The notes below the pieces were generated by a model. The model saw only the letters and a list, made by a program, of their open reading frames with translations, ran no database searches and was not told the DNA's origin. Positions 1-9,931 of a stretch of DNA of 64,000 bases are shown here, piece after piece. The position numbers were made by a program, and so were the translations under genes. Each line of letters starts with the position of its first letter. The stretch's first letter is position 1. Location: assembly GCA_945829235.1 (NCBI GenBank), contig CALZUA010000002.1, positions 58,650-122,649 of the forward strand, in the 5' to 3' direction. The stretch is from an uncultured Clostridia bacterium (GTDB lineage Bacteria > Bacillota > Clostridia > Oscillospirales > Ruminococcaceae).

Positions 1-1032
1 CGTGGAAATATCGTTTGTATAAACAAGGTCGGGCTCGCGGTTTTCACGATTTGTGTGGTTTTGACCCATCATCGACTCCATCAGACTTGTGTAGTCCATT
101 GTTTCCTGCTGAATGGAAATCGGATAGGAAGCGAGCGTGGAGTGCTCAACGCTGTTAATGTACTGCTGAACGCCGTTTGACAGCGACAAAATAAGCGCTA
201 TACCGATGATACCGATACTTCCCGCAAAAGATGTGAGGAAAGTTCTGCCCTTTTTGGTGAGGAGGTTGTTTCTCGACAACGCAAGAGCCGTTGCAAAGGA
301 CATCGAGGTTTTCTTGGAGCTTTTGGTCTTCTTTTCTTTGGGAGGCTCGTTTCCGTCGAAGGGCATCGAGTCGCTCTTGATTTTACCGTCAACCAGCTTT
401 ACAATTCTTGTAGCATACTGCTCGGCGAGGTCGGGGTTGTGGGTAACCATAATAACCAACCTGTCGGCGGCGATTTCCTTAATCAAATCCATAATCTGAA
501 CCGAGGTTTCGCTGTCGAGAGCGCCGGTTGGTTCATCGGCGAGCAGAATATCCGGGTCGTTGACAAGAGCGCGCGCAATGGCAACTCTCTGCATCTGACC
601 GCCCGACATCTGATTTGGACGCTTGTGGATTTGGTCGCCCAAACCAACCTTTTCGAGAGCCTCTTTAGCACGTTTTCTGCGCTCGGACTTGGAAACACCC
701 GAGAGCGTGAGCGCAAGCTCAACATTGGAAAGCACGGACTGATGCGGGATAAGGTTGTAGCTCTGGAAAATGAAGCCAACCGAGTGGTTTCTGTATGTAT
801 CCCAGTCGCGGTTTTTGAACTTTTTGGTAGATTTGCCGTTGATGATGAGGTCGCCCGAAGTGTACGAGTCCAAGCCGCCGATAATGTTCAGCAGGGTAGT
901 TTTTCCGCAGCCCGAGTGACCGAGAACAGCGACAAGTTCGCTTTCGCGGAAGCTGATGGACACGTCACGGAGTGCGTGAACGGTTTCGCTGCCCGTGGTG
1001 TAGTCCTTTACGATATTTTTTATTTCGAGCAT
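1..1032 (-). CDS. ABC transporter, fused ATPase-permease (MacB/FtsX type), N-terminal part; continues past window start
   Basis: Not in the ORF track because it is open at the window edge. Own reverse translation from ATG 1032..1030 gives MLEIKNIVKDY... It has Walker A GHSGCGKTT, signature SGGQMQRVAIARAL and Walker B ILLADEPTGALD, then a K-rich linker and a first TM helix. The + ORF 439..1086 is its antisense shadow. Confidence 0.85.
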   Translation of the reverse strand, partial: MLEIKNIVKDYTTGSETVHALRDVSISFRESELVAVLGHSGCGKTTLLNIIGGLDSYTSGDLIINGKSTKKFKNRDWDTYRNHSVGFIFQSYNLIPHQSVLSNVELALTLSGVSKSERRKRAKEALEKVGLGDQIHKRPNQMSGGQMQRVAIARALVNDPDILLADEPTGALDSETSVQIMDLIKEIAADRLVIMVTHNPDLAEQYATRIVKLVDGKIKSDSMPFDGNEPPKEKKTKSSKKTSMSFATALALSRNNLLTKKGRTFLTSFAGSIGIIGIALILSLSNGVQQYINSVEHSTLASYPISIQQETMDYTSLMESMMGQNHTNRENREPDLVYTNDIST

Positions 1033-1034
1033 TT

Positions 1035-1544
1035 TTATCTCCTTTCGTTTAAGACCTTGCTTAATGACCGAATAAACCTTTTCTGAAGCTCGAACATAAG
1101 CTCAATTTCTTCATCGGAAAATTCTTTAAGCGCTTGGTCTATCATAACAAATGCTTCGTTTATAAAATAGTCCAACACTTGCTTTCCCTTATCGGTTACG
1201 GCAATGTGAACGTTTCTGCGGTCATTTTTGTCAAATTCACGTTCAACCAAATCTTTTTCGAGAAGTCCGCCCAAAGTTCTTGAAATGGCTGAAGAAGAAA
1301 CCGCGAGCTTTTCCGCGGCGTCTGCAACGGTGATGTGAACCCCGTTATGCGTGCAGGAATAGTCCATTGCCTGCGCCAAAAGCATAAACTCGGAGCGCGA
1401 AACGTCTTTGATGATGGAACTGAACGCGTCCAGACGTATAAATTCGATTGAAGTTTTCAAAAACCCGTGATATTTTTCTTTGGGTAGTCTGAATTTATAT
1501 TCGGCATTATCAGTTTTGTCGTTCAAATATGTTCCTCCTTTCAT
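1035..1544 (-). CDS. MarR family transcriptional regulator
   Basis: Winged-helix region AEKLAVSSSAISRTLGGLLEKDLVEREFDKNDRRNVHIAVTDKG. The stop lies 3 nt before the ABC transporter start, so they form an operon. The ORF-track start 1577 is TTG. ATG 1544, or TTG 1529 preceded by AAAGGAGG, is more plausible. Confidence 0.8.
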   Translation of the reverse strand: MKGGTYLNDKTDNAEYKFRLPKEKYHGFLKTSIEFIRLDAFSSIIKDVSRSEFMLLAQAMDYSCTHNGVHITVADAAEKLAVSSSAISRTLGGLLEKDLVEREFDKNDRRNVHIAVTDKGKQVLDYFINEAFVMIDQALKEFSDEEIELMFELQKRFIRSLSKVLNERR

Positions 1545-1682
1545 ATTTAACCGGTGTATATATTTTACAATAGTCAACTATTTTTGTCAATAGTATATAA
1601 ATAATTTTGTCGAATTACATAAATTATACTGACTTGTTAAAAATAATATGGCAAATATAACATAATTTGTAAGGTCAAAATT

Positions 1683-2015
1683 ATGAAAAACAACGGAATT
1701 TGTTATTTTCTCACATTCATTATTATTTTTCTATTCGGACTTGGCGTAAATTTTTTTGAAAATCTATTTATTAGAATAACCTTAGCCGCAGTCGGAATTT
1801 TGACCGCGGTATTATGGATTTTGCACTTTAACACGATAAAATACGAGATTAACGATGAATTTCTGACAATAAAAAGCGGAATTTTCTTCAGGAAAACGAA
1901 GATAATTCCGCTTAAAAAAATTCTGTTGAAAAGCAGTTATGCTGTCGGAAAAACCGTTTTCCTGACGATAATCAGAACGGCTGGTTCTTTCGCAGTGATT
2001 TTCGGGAAACTTTAG
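1683..2015 (+). CDS. small membrane protein, possible bacterial PH (YdbS/YdbT-like) domain
   Basis: Two N-terminal hydrophobic helices followed by FLTIKSGIFFRKTKIIPLKKI, which resembles bPH_2 domains. The family assignment is weak. Confidence 0.45.
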   Translation: MKNNGICYFLTFIIIFLFGLGVNFFENLFIRITLAAVGILTAVLWILHFNTIKYEINDEFLTIKSGIFFRKTKIIPLKKILLKSSYAVGKTVFLTIIRTAGSFAVIFGKL

Positions 2016-2809
2016 TCGCGCTCGATAAGCAGCTTAATCGCGTTAATCGCGCAGGTTATCGCTCTCTCGCTGGAATTGCAATAGGTATCGGGGAGATTTT
2101 GCTTGGCGCGCTCGGCGTTCCAAAGAGCCGTAAGCACTGCACCGCAACGGATTTTTTTCTCATACGATGACCGCACAAGCCCCACGGAATAAATCGCGGC
2201 GCACTCCATTTCGCTGGTCAGGCAACCGCATTTTACATAGCTGTCCCAGCGGCTCTTGATGTTGTCGCAGACTGCGGCGCGCTCGGGATTTGTTTCGCCG
2301 TAGAAGCTGTCCTTGGAGTGAACAACCCCGACGTGAAAACGCTTTCCGGGCTCGTTTTCGGACAACTTTTCCGCGGCCTCGGCAAGAGCAGACGTTACCG
2401 CAAAATCGGCAACAGCGGGATAACCGTTCGGGATATACTCATAGGAGGTACCCTCTGCGCGGATTGCCGCTTCAGCAATAATCAAATCGCCGCCGAATAC
2501 CGACAAATCAACACCGCCGCTTGTTCCAACACGAATAAAGGTGTCTGCGCCGCTGTCAATCAGCTCCTCAACGGCAATTGCCGCGGACGGACCGCCGATA
2601 CCGGTAGAGCACACGCTTACTTTAACCCCGCAAAGCTCGCCAGTGTAGATGTTGTACTCGCGGTTTTGGGCAACCTGAACGGCATTGTCAAGCCGCTCGG
2701 CAATCAGCGGAACTCTCCCCGGGTCACCGGGCAGAATAACATACCTTCCGACATCGCCGTTCCTGATTTTGAGGTGAAATCTAACGTTTTCGTCAATTAT
2801 ACCGGGCAT
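2012..2809 (-). CDS. udp: uridine phosphorylase (PNP/UDP family)
   Basis: ILPGDPGRV and CSTGIGGPSAAIAVEEL..FIRVGTSGG align along the length with the Udp pattern. Confidence 0.85.
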   Translation of the reverse strand: MPGIIDENVRFHLKIRNGDVGRYVILPGDPGRVPLIAERLDNAVQVAQNREYNIYTGELCGVKVSVCSTGIGGPSAAIAVEELIDSGADTFIRVGTSGGVDLSVFGGDLIIAEAAIRAEGTSYEYIPNGYPAVADFAVTSALAEAAEKLSENEPGKRFHVGVVHSKDSFYGETNPERAAVCDNIKSRWDSYVKCGCLTSEMECAAIYSVGLVRSSYEKKIRCGAVLTALWNAERAKQNLPDTYCNSSERAITCAINAIKLLIERD

Positions 2810-2824
2810 AATAAAATCCTCCCT

Positions 2825-3355
2825 TTATTTATCGCCGAGAATACTCGGTGCTTTTTCGTTTTGCTTTCTTTGCTTTTCTTTACGCCAATTCGGGACGTTG
2901 GTTAACAGCGTGATTGTCACGGTAAGCACGGTTATCGCAAGGCACGGCATATAAAGCCACACGGGACCGTTGTTGTCGGGAACGTCCTTGAACAGCTCCA
3001 TATAGCGGAAAAACGTGACGAGAGTTCCCGCCGAAGCAACAACGTGGATAACCGCGGCAGTTTTGGTATTTCCGAGCATCAGCACGAAAACGCCAATGGT
3101 GTAGAGTATTGACGAAATCAGCCAAAAAGTCGTGGAAATATCGCCCGCGTACTCGGGGTCTTCCGTCCCCAGCATAATGCAAAGCGGTGCGAAAATACCC
3201 AGACAAAGCCCAAAAATTGCAGTAAAAACAACGTCAAAGCCTCTCATTATCATAATTGCCGGTAGATATTTTTCGAGCGGTTTTTCTTTATCGAAAAACG
3301 AAAATGTCTTCAAAAATCCGCTTTTTTTCTTTTGCTTTTTTCCTTTACTCGCCAT
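2825..3355 (-). CDS. hypothetical membrane protein (about 4 TM)
   Basis: K-rich N- and C-termini and four hydrophobic segments. No recognisable family. Confidence 0.5.
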   Translation of the reverse strand: MASKGKKQKKKSGFLKTFSFFDKEKPLEKYLPAIMIMRGFDVVFTAIFGLCLGIFAPLCIMLGTEDPEYAGDISTTFWLISSILYTIGVFVLMLGNTKTAAVIHVVASAGTLVTFFRYMELFKDVPDNNGPVWLYMPCLAITVLTVTITLLTNVPNWRKEKQRKQNEKAPSILGDK

Positions 3356-3360
3356 TTTAC

Positions 3361-4083
3361 TTATTCCTTATAACCCCAGCGGTCGATACCCGCTTTTCTC
3401 ATTGCACCGAAAATGCGTTCCTTTGTGCCTCTGTTTTCGCGTTCAAGTGAGCTGAGAAGCTCCTTTGTCCATTGACGGCGAGTTGTTTTGTCGGCGGGGC
3501 ATTTGCTTTTGACAATTTCGAGATTGTTTCTTTTTGCACAAGATAAAACAGCGTGCTCGGGAGCAAAAACCAGCGGTCTGATAACGGTAATGTCCTTTCG
3601 TGAGAGGTAGGAAATCGGTGCAAAGCAACCTATTCTGCCCTCGTTCAGCAGGTTCATCACAAAGGTTTCGATAGCGTCATCGTTGTTGTGACCGAGAGCC
3701 AGCTTGTTGCAACCCATAGACTTAGCCGCGTCGTGAAGAGCACCGCGGCGCATTTTCGCGCAAAGCGAACAGGGGTTTGGCTCTTTTCGGATATCGAAAA
3801 CAATCTCGCCGATGTCCGTTCTCACCAGCTTAAACGGCACGTCAAGCTTCTCGCAGAGCCGTTCAACGGGGGAGTAGTCGGTTTCAACTCCGCCGAAACG
3901 CGGGTCAAGGGTTATCGCGCAGACCTCGTATTTTTTCTCGTAAAATCTCCGCATAAGCGCAAGCCCGCTGAGCAACACAAGGCTATCCTTGCCGCCCGAA
4001 ACTCCAACGGCAATTTTGTCGCCCTCGTCAATCAGGTCGAACTCCTGACAAGCTCGGCGCATATATCCAAGAATTTTCTGCAT
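3361..4083 (-). CDS. ttcA: PP-loop ATPase, tRNA 2-thiocytidine synthase TtcA family
   Basis: PP-loop VGVSGGKDS, CSLCAKMRRG and C-terminal Cys (SKCPADK). Confidence 0.75.
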   Translation of the reverse strand: MQKILGYMRRACQEFDLIDEGDKIAVGVSGGKDSLVLLSGLALMRRFYEKKYEVCAITLDPRFGGVETDYSPVERLCEKLDVPFKLVRTDIGEIVFDIRKEPNPCSLCAKMRRGALHDAAKSMGCNKLALGHNNDDAIETFVMNLLNEGRIGCFAPISYLSRKDITVIRPLVFAPEHAVLSCAKRNNLEIVKSKCPADKTTRRQWTKELLSSLERENRGTKERIFGAMRKAGIDRWGYKE

Positions 4084-4205
4084 AAATACCTCTTTTATTA
4101 TACTATAACCGCAAGGCTATGGTATAATTATCCGATACGCACGGAGCAAAACTTTCATTTGCGGATGTGCGAGGATTTTAAATCCTAAAATAAAAACTTT
4201 TGTTT

Positions 4206-4235
4206 ATTATACCATATAATAGTTCAACTCGTCAA
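4206..4235 (-). promoter_or_regulatory. sigma-70 promoter of ttcA
   Basis: On the minus strand: TTGACG (4235..4230), 18 nt, TATAAT (4211..4206). It leaves a leader of about 115 nt. Confidence 0.55.
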
Positions 4236-4259
4236 CATTTTCACAAATATTTCATAAAT

Positions 4260-5396
4260 TTACAAATATCTGTCCAACTCGGTCTGAACGCCGTTTTCGA
4301 TGTAAATTCTCGGAACGCGCGTTCCCACGGCGCAGAGAAGCTCGTAGTTTATCGTGCCGATTTTCTTTGCGGCGGCTGTAAATGAATTTCCGCCCTCAAG
4401 CTCATCGGAGTACACCGTGACAACATCGCCGATTTCAACCTCGGGGATATCCGATACATCAACCAAAGTCTGGTCCATACAAATTCGTCCGCAGACGGGA
4501 GCTTTTTTGCCGCGGATTGTGACAAACCATTGTCCCGAGAGCCGCCTGTTGAAGCCGTCCGCGTAGCCGCAGGGGATAAGCGCGAGCCTTGTGTCCTTGT
4601 CTGCTTTGAAGGTGCGCCCGTAGCTCACTGTATCGCCCGCGTGGATTGTCTTGAGCTGGCTGACAACGCTTTTCACGCACATCATCGGCTTAATTCCCTC
4701 GGGCACGGGAAAACGCGGGTCGGGCTTCTGACCGTACATAATAATTCCCGCACGGACAAAATCCCCCTCGAAATCCTTGTGGTAGATAATACCGCCGCTG
4801 TTCTGCGAGTGAAATTTGAGACCTTTTTTGCGGCAAAGCGCGAGAATTTTCTGTTGTTGAGAATTGGTGAACTCGATATCCTTTTCGTCAAGGCTGTCCG
4901 CAACGGCAAAATGCGTGTAAGCGGCGCGACACTCCAACCCGCTCATAGCAAGAATTTTGTCAAGCTGTTCCTCCTCGGTAATCCCCACACGGCTCATTCC
5001 CGTATCTATTTTAATATGTACGGGCACCTTCACGCCTTTTTTGAGAGCCTCGTCCGAGATTTTTTCGGCATAATTTACATCTCCCACGGTAAAGATGAAA
5101 TTTTTGTCAAGGTTTTCAAAAATTTCATCAATCTGACAATACCCGAAAATCAGAATTTTTCCCGAAATATTGTGCTCAAAAAGCCGTTGCGCTTCCCATA
5201 AATTGGAAACAGTGAAATGAGAAATCCCGCATTTGTTGAGCGTTCTTGCGCAGAAAACGTCACCGTGACCGTAAGCGTTGGCTTTAACAACCGCGGCAAG
5301 CTGTTTTCCCTCAGAAAGCTTGCTCAAAATCTCAACATTTTTCTTCAAAACGTCAAGATTAACCTCCGCCCAAGTTCTTCCGTAAAAAATATTCAT
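4260..5396 (-). CDS. alr: alanine racemase
   Basis: PLP-lysine motif AVVKANAYGHG, and full-length similarity to Alr. ATG 5396 has an AGAGG SD 9 nt upstream, whereas the ORF-track start 5426 has none. Confidence 0.9.
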   Translation of the reverse strand: MNIFYGRTWAEVNLDVLKKNVEILSKLSEGKQLAAVVKANAYGHGDVFCARTLNKCGISHFTVSNLWEAQRLFEHNISGKILIFGYCQIDEIFENLDKNFIFTVGDVNYAEKISDEALKKGVKVPVHIKIDTGMSRVGITEEEQLDKILAMSGLECRAAYTHFAVADSLDEKDIEFTNSQQQKILALCRKKGLKFHSQNSGGIIYHKDFEGDFVRAGIIMYGQKPDPRFPVPEGIKPMMCVKSVVSQLKTIHAGDTVSYGRTFKADKDTRLALIPCGYADGFNRRLSGQWFVTIRGKKAPVCGRICMDQTLVDVSDIPEVEIGDVVTVYSDELEGGNSFTAAAKKIGTINYELLCAVGTRVPRIYIENGVQTELDRYL

Positions 5397-5557
5397 AAGG
5401 ACTACCTCTATGCTTGAAATTTTCATAAAAATGTGTTATACTATTTATATGCGGGAAAGAAAAATAAAAACTTCCTCTGCACATACATTATTTATTATAT
5501 CACAAATTCGCTAAAAATCAAGATATTTTTCCAAAAAGAAAGGGTAATCGTAAAATT

Positions 5558-6442
5558 ATGTCTGTTAAAAGAAAAAGCAACTGGTACATTTATTTTATTG
5601 CGTTTGGGATAACGATTGCGTTTGTTGCCGTGGCGGTTTGGCAACTTTGGGACTATCTTTGTCCCAAGAAAACTGAGTCTGTCGGAATTACGGAAAATGG
5701 CGAGCTTGCCGATGACTTCAAGCCAACCACCGCGCACAATTTTGTGATGCTCTCGATGCTCTCTGACGCACCCTCGGACAATCCCGAGCTTTTTACGATA
5801 ATTTCGTACAATGCTGTTGCCAACGAGGTTTGTTTTATTCCGTTGCCGGTGGGATTGAGCGTCGAGCTTAACGGCAGAACTCTTTCAAACATCTATTTTG
5901 CGCAAGGCGGAGAAGCTGTTGTGAAAGCGGTTGAGGAAGCTGTCGGTGTAAAGTGCGAGAGCTTTGTGGAAATGGACAGGGAAGCGTTTGTTTCACTTGT
6001 AACAGCTTTCGGTAACGTTGAATATAACGTTGGCAAAACAACTATCATCAACGACGGAAACACGGTTGAAACAATAAACTCGGGCGTGCAGATGTTTACC
6101 GCTGAAAAGCTGTTCGGTTACATTATGAAAGCGGATTTCAGCGATGAGCTTACCCGTCTGAACAGCGTTTCCGATATTTTGTCGGAGCTTGTCAACCAGA
6201 ATTTCCGCAACCTCGACAGCTCAATTCTCGATGTTTATTTCAATATGATTATCGGCGATAACGATACAAATATCACCGATGAAATGTACAAATCGCGCAA
6301 GGCGGCGCTTTTGAACACCGTTGAATACGGAAACGCCCCCGCTGGATATTACATTCCTTACGGTGAATACACCGAGGACGGCGGTTTCAGAATTGCCGAG
6401 AACTCAATTATTTCAATAAAACAAAGAACGGGACTTATGTGA
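5558..6442 (+). CDS. membrane-anchored extracytoplasmic protein, distant LytR-CpsA-Psr-like
   Basis: One N-terminal TM helix. The body loosely resembles LCP domains (..FVEMDREAFVSLVTAFGNVEYNV..), but I could not see the conserved Arg/Asp positions. Confidence 0.4.
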   Translation: MSVKRKSNWYIYFIAFGITIAFVAVAVWQLWDYLCPKKTESVGITENGELADDFKPTTAHNFVMLSMLSDAPSDNPELFTIISYNAVANEVCFIPLPVGLSVELNGRTLSNIYFAQGGEAVVKAVEEAVGVKCESFVEMDREAFVSLVTAFGNVEYNVGKTTIINDGNTVETINSGVQMFTAEKLFGYIMKADFSDELTRLNSVSDILSELVNQNFRNLDSSILDVYFNMIIGDNDTNITDEMYKSRKAALLNTVEYGNAPAGYYIPYGEYTEDGGFRIAENSIISIKQRTGLM

Positions 6443-6466
6443 TTTCCGTTCAGCAAAGGAGGATTT

Positions 6467-7102
6467 ATGGACGCAAAGGTTGAAAAGACAATGGAAGCTC
6501 TGCGGTTGAACAAAATGAAGCCGTTTTATGCGGAAAACCGCGAGGAGCTTCACAAAATAATCCGCGAGCTTATCAAAAACGACAAGCTGATAACGGCGGG
6601 CGGTTCGATGACGCTCAAGGAAAGCGGAGTCACAGAAATGCTTATGAGCGAGTACCCGAACGTTTATCTTGACCGCTCGACAGGCAAAAATCCCGAAGAG
6701 GTCGGCGAGATTTTCAGAAAAGCGTTTGTTTCGGACACGTTTTTTTCAAGCTCCAATGCAATCACCGAGGACGGCGAGCTGTACAATGTTGACGGGAACG
6801 GAAACCGCGTTTCGGCAATGATTTTCGGACCGAAGCAGGTGATTATTGTTGCGGGCGTGAACAAAATTGTCAAAAATCTTGAAGAAGCACAACTCCGCGT
6901 TCAGAAAGTCACCGCTCCCAAGAACACCGTTCGTCTGAACTGTGCAACTCCCTGCGCGAAAACGGGCGAGTGCGAACGGCTGAGAAGCGGTTCGCCGTGC
7001 AAAAGTAACGCGAGAATTTGCTGTTCGTATGTAACGCTCGGTCAACAGCGCGTTCCCGACAGAATTAAGGTTATTATTGTAAACGAAAATCTCGGCTATT
7101 GA
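6467..7102 (+). CDS. LUD-domain (YkgG/LutC-like, DUF162) protein with Cys-rich C-terminus
   Basis: SSSNAITEDGELYNVDGNGNRVSAMIFGP..VIIVAGVNKIV is typical of the LUD domain. The C-terminal Cys cluster is CATPCAKTGECERL..CKSNARICC. Confidence 0.7.
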   Translation: MDAKVEKTMEALRLNKMKPFYAENREELHKIIRELIKNDKLITAGGSMTLKESGVTEMLMSEYPNVYLDRSTGKNPEEVGEIFRKAFVSDTFFSSSNAITEDGELYNVDGNGNRVSAMIFGPKQVIIVAGVNKIVKNLEEAQLRVQKVTAPKNTVRLNCATPCAKTGECERLRSGSPCKSNARICCSYVTLGQQRVPDRIKVIIVNENLGY

Positions 7103-7136
7103 TTACATAAAACTCACTTTAAAAAGGAGGAATTTT

Positions 7137-8096
7137 ATGGCATATTACATAGGAGTTGACGTTGGCGGCTCGAATATCGCGTGTGCGGTTGTGGACGAGA
7201 ATTGCGAGATTATTTCGCGTTCCAAGGCGAAAACTCACGGCAAAACCGGTTCAATCGACTACACCGAGGTGCTTGACGTTATCATCAGAACGGTAAATCT
7301 TGCTTGCGAAGCCGCGGGAATAAAGCCCTCGGACGCTTCTTCGATAGGTATAGGCTGTCCGGGTATCTGCAACAGCGATATGGGAATTGTTGAGTACACA
7401 AACAATCTCGGTTTTCGCAATGTCCCGCTGAAAACCGATGTTGAGGACGAGTTCAAAATCCCCGTTTACCTCGACAATGACGCAAACGCTGCCGCTTTCG
7501 GCGAATATATCGCGGGTGCGGCAATGGGTGCGCGAAACGCTGTTGTGATAACCCTCGGAACCGGCGTCGGCTCGGGTATTATCATCAACGGGAAGATTTA
7601 TCGCGGCACGAATTTTGCGGCGGGTGAAATCGGACACACGGTTATCGTAGCGGACGGATTGCCTTGCTCTTGCGGAAGAAAGGGTTGCTTTGAGGCGTAT
7701 TCCTCGGCAACAGGTCTTGTGAATATGACCAAAAAAGCCGCCGAGAAACATCCCGAAAGTCTGATAAACAAGCTGATAAAAGAGGACGGCAAGGCAAGCG
7801 CGCGTACAGCCTACAAAGCGGCAAAGCTCGGCGATGAGGTCGGGAAAAAGGTTACCGAGGAGTATGTGAAATATCTTGCCGTGGGAATTGCCAACGTTAT
7901 CAACACGTTCCAGCCGGATATTCTTTGCATCGGCGGCGGTGTGTGCAACGAGGGCAGTCTGCTTCTGAACCCGCTTAAAGAGGCGGTTTACAAGGAAATC
8001 TACTCCCGCGACAGCAAAAAAACCACGCGTCTTGCTATCTGCACTTTGGGCAACGACGCGGGAATTATCGGCGCGGCTATGCTCCATAAAGCGTAA
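7137..8096 (+). CDS. glcK: ROK family glucokinase
   Basis: GVDVGGSNI ATP motif and ROK zinc motif GHTVIVADGLPCSCGRKGCFEAY. Confidence 0.85.
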   Translation: MAYYIGVDVGGSNIACAVVDENCEIISRSKAKTHGKTGSIDYTEVLDVIIRTVNLACEAAGIKPSDASSIGIGCPGICNSDMGIVEYTNNLGFRNVPLKTDVEDEFKIPVYLDNDANAAAFGEYIAGAAMGARNAVVITLGTGVGSGIIINGKIYRGTNFAAGEIGHTVIVADGLPCSCGRKGCFEAYSSATGLVNMTKKAAEKHPESLINKLIKEDGKASARTAYKAAKLGDEVGKKVTEEYVKYLAVGIANVINTFQPDILCIGGGVCNEGSLLLNPLKEAVYKEIYSRDSKKTTRLAICTLGNDAGIIGAAMLHKA

Positions 8097-8134
8097 AAAA
8101 CGGTTTAACCGTAAAATAGAAAGGACAAATTAAA

Positions 8135-9790
8135 ATGAGAAGTGATTTGATTAAAAAGGGCGTTGAGAAAACGCCTCACAGAGCGGTTCTGAAGTCGCTC
8201 GGAGTTATCGACAGCGAGATGAACAAGCCGTTTATCGCGGTTGTGTGCGCGGCGAGCGATTATGTTCCCGGTCATCAGCACCTGCACGAAATTTCGCGCT
8301 ACGTCAAGGACGGAATAAGAAACGCGGGCGGCGTGCCGTTCGAGTTCTTCACAATCGGCGTTTGCGATGGTCTCGCGATGAACCACAAGGGAATGAGATA
8401 CTCGCTTGCTTCGCGTGAGCTTATCGCGGACAGCATCGAGGTTATGCTCACGGCGCACCCGCTTGACGGCGTTGTTTTCATTCCGAACTGCGATAAAATC
8501 GTTCCCGGAATGGTAATGGCGGCGGCAAGAATGAACCTGCCCGCGATTTTCGTAAGCGGCGGTCCTATGCTCCCCGGTTGCGTTCAGAACAAGAGAGTTG
8601 GTTACTCCGAGATTTACGAGGCAATCGGACAGTATTCCAACGGTGAAATCGGCGATGAGGTTATCAAGGATTACGAGGATAACGCTTGCCCGACCTGCGG
8701 CTCTTGTTCGGGAATGTACACGGCAAACTCGATGAACTGTCTCAACGAGAGCATCGGTATGTCGTTGCCTTTCGGCGGTACAGAGCCTGCGGTTACTTCC
8801 GCGCGCAGACGTATCGCAAAGGAGAGCGGTGAGCGCGTTGTAGAGCTGGTTAAGCAGAACATTCGCCCGCTCGATATCCTCACCAAGAAAAATATGGAAA
8901 ACGCACTTGCTGTTGAAATGGCAATCGGCGCTTCTTCCAACACCGTTTTGCACCTGCTGGCAATCGCTCACGAAGCAAAGGTTGACATTAGTCTTGACGA
9001 TATCGACCAGATGAGCAGAAAAACCCCGCAGCTTGCGAAGCTCAACCCCGCGTCAAGTGTTTTCATCACCGATTTGAACGCTGTCGGCGGTATTCAGACG
9101 GTTATCAAGGAGCTTGCAAAGGGCGGTCATATCCACGAGGACGTGCTCACGGTAAGCGGCACGCAGGGTGATAGAATTAAGGCGGCTCGCGAGGCAGACG
9201 GTGTGGTTATACATAAGCTGGATAACCCGTTCAGACAGGACGGCGGTATCGCAATCCTTTCCGGTAATCTCGCGGAAAACGGCTCTGTTGTCAAGCAGGG
9301 CGCGGTTAAGCCCGAGATGATGGATTTCACCGGCACGGCAAGAGTTTTCGACGGCGAACAGCCTGCGTGTGACGCAATTCTCGGCGGTGAAATCAAGGCG
9401 GGTGACGTTGTTGTAATTCGCTATGAAGGACCGAAGGGAGGTCCCGGAATGCCCGAAATGCTTGCTCCGACAGCGGCAATTGTCGGCAAGGGACTTGACG
9501 GAAACGTTGCGCTTATCACGGACGGGCGCTTCAGCGGCGCTTCTCGCGGTGCGGCAATCGGTCACGTTTCACCCGAGGCGGCTGAGGGCGGTCTTATCGC
9601 GTTTGTCGAGGACGGCGACAAAATTCACATCGATATCCCGAACCGTTCGCTCACTCTGCTTGTTGACGACGCGGTTCTTGAGGAGCGCAAGAAGAAGGGA
9701 ATTCTTCCTCCGAAGGAGCTTGACGGTTATCTCAAGCGTTATGCGAAACTGGTTACTTCTTCCAATACGGGTGCGGTTTTCGAGGACTGA
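8135..9790 (+). CDS. ilvD: dihydroxy-acid dehydratase
   Basis: Full-length IlvD pattern ([33 protein letters not shown]). Confidence 0.95.
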   Translation: MRSDLIKKGVEKTPHRAVLKSLGVIDSEMNKPFIAVVCAASDYVPGHQHLHEISRYVKDGIRNAGGVPFEFFTIGVCDGLAMNHKGMRYSLASRELIADSIEVMLTAHPLDGVVFIPNCDKIVPGMVMAAARMNLPAIFVSGGPMLPGCVQNKRVGYSEIYEAIGQYSNGEIGDEVIKDYEDNACPTCGSCSGMYTANSMNCLNESIGMSLPFGGTEPAVTSARRRIAKESGERVVELVKQNIRPLDILTKKNMENALAVEMAIGASSNTVLHLLAIAHEAKVDISLDDIDQMSRKTPQLAKLNPASSVFITDLNAVGGIQTVIKELAKGGHIHEDVLTVSGTQGDRIKAAREADGVVIHKLDNPFRQDGGIAILSGNLAENGSVVKQGAVKPEMMDFTGTARVFDGEQPACDAILGGEIKAGDVVVIRYEGPKGGPGMPEMLAPTAAIVGKGLDGNVALITDGRFSGASRGAAIGHVSPEAAEGGLIAFVEDGDKIHIDIPNRSLTLLVDDAVLEERKKKGILPPKELDGYLKRYAKLVTSSNTGAVFED

Positions 9791-9913
9791 TTTCATAAAC
9801 AACAACGCCGACTGCGAAAAACAGCCGGCGTTATTTTATGTAGTTTTTTAAGCTAAATCAAAGCTCCTTGATAATTTCGCCCATAAGGTTCGGGGCAGCG
9901 ATGAAATCGTGTT
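9773..9913. repeat. copy 1 of a roughly 140-bp direct duplication (3' end of ilvD, terminator, remnant of pduL 3' end)
   Basis: Aligns by eye with 9932..10072 at an offset of 159 bp. It is near-identical through the hairpin and decays after about 125 bp. It contains a dead ..PNLMGEIIKEL* fragment on the minus strand. Confidence 0.85.
9804..9839. terminator. bidirectional intrinsic terminator (copy 1)
   Basis: AACGCCGaCTG-cgaaaaa-CAGcCGGCGTT followed by ATTTTAT, with an A-run upstream. Confidence 0.75.
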
Positions 9914-9931
9914 TACTCTTCCAACACTGGC

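Noticed and set aside
1561-1600. Possible MarR operator: ATAGT-CA-ACTAT inverted repeat and duplicated CAATAGT near the MarR start.
   Set aside because: The repeats are short and AT-rich, and they partly fall inside the alternative N-terminal coding extension. This is not distinguishable from chance without comparative data.
8105-8971. Long ORFs antisense to well-supported genes. Examples: 439..1086 (+), 8105..8971 (-), 17129..18490 (+, 453 aa), 23704..24696 (+), 33585..34445 (-), 36804..37679 (-), 53313..54299 (+) and 61065..61754 (+).
   Set aside because: Each lies entirely opposite a gene with clear family motifs. Their translations are low-complexity and Arg/Ser/Cys-rich with no motifs. 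They lack SD sequences. Long stop-free antisense frames are expected from the codon bias here.
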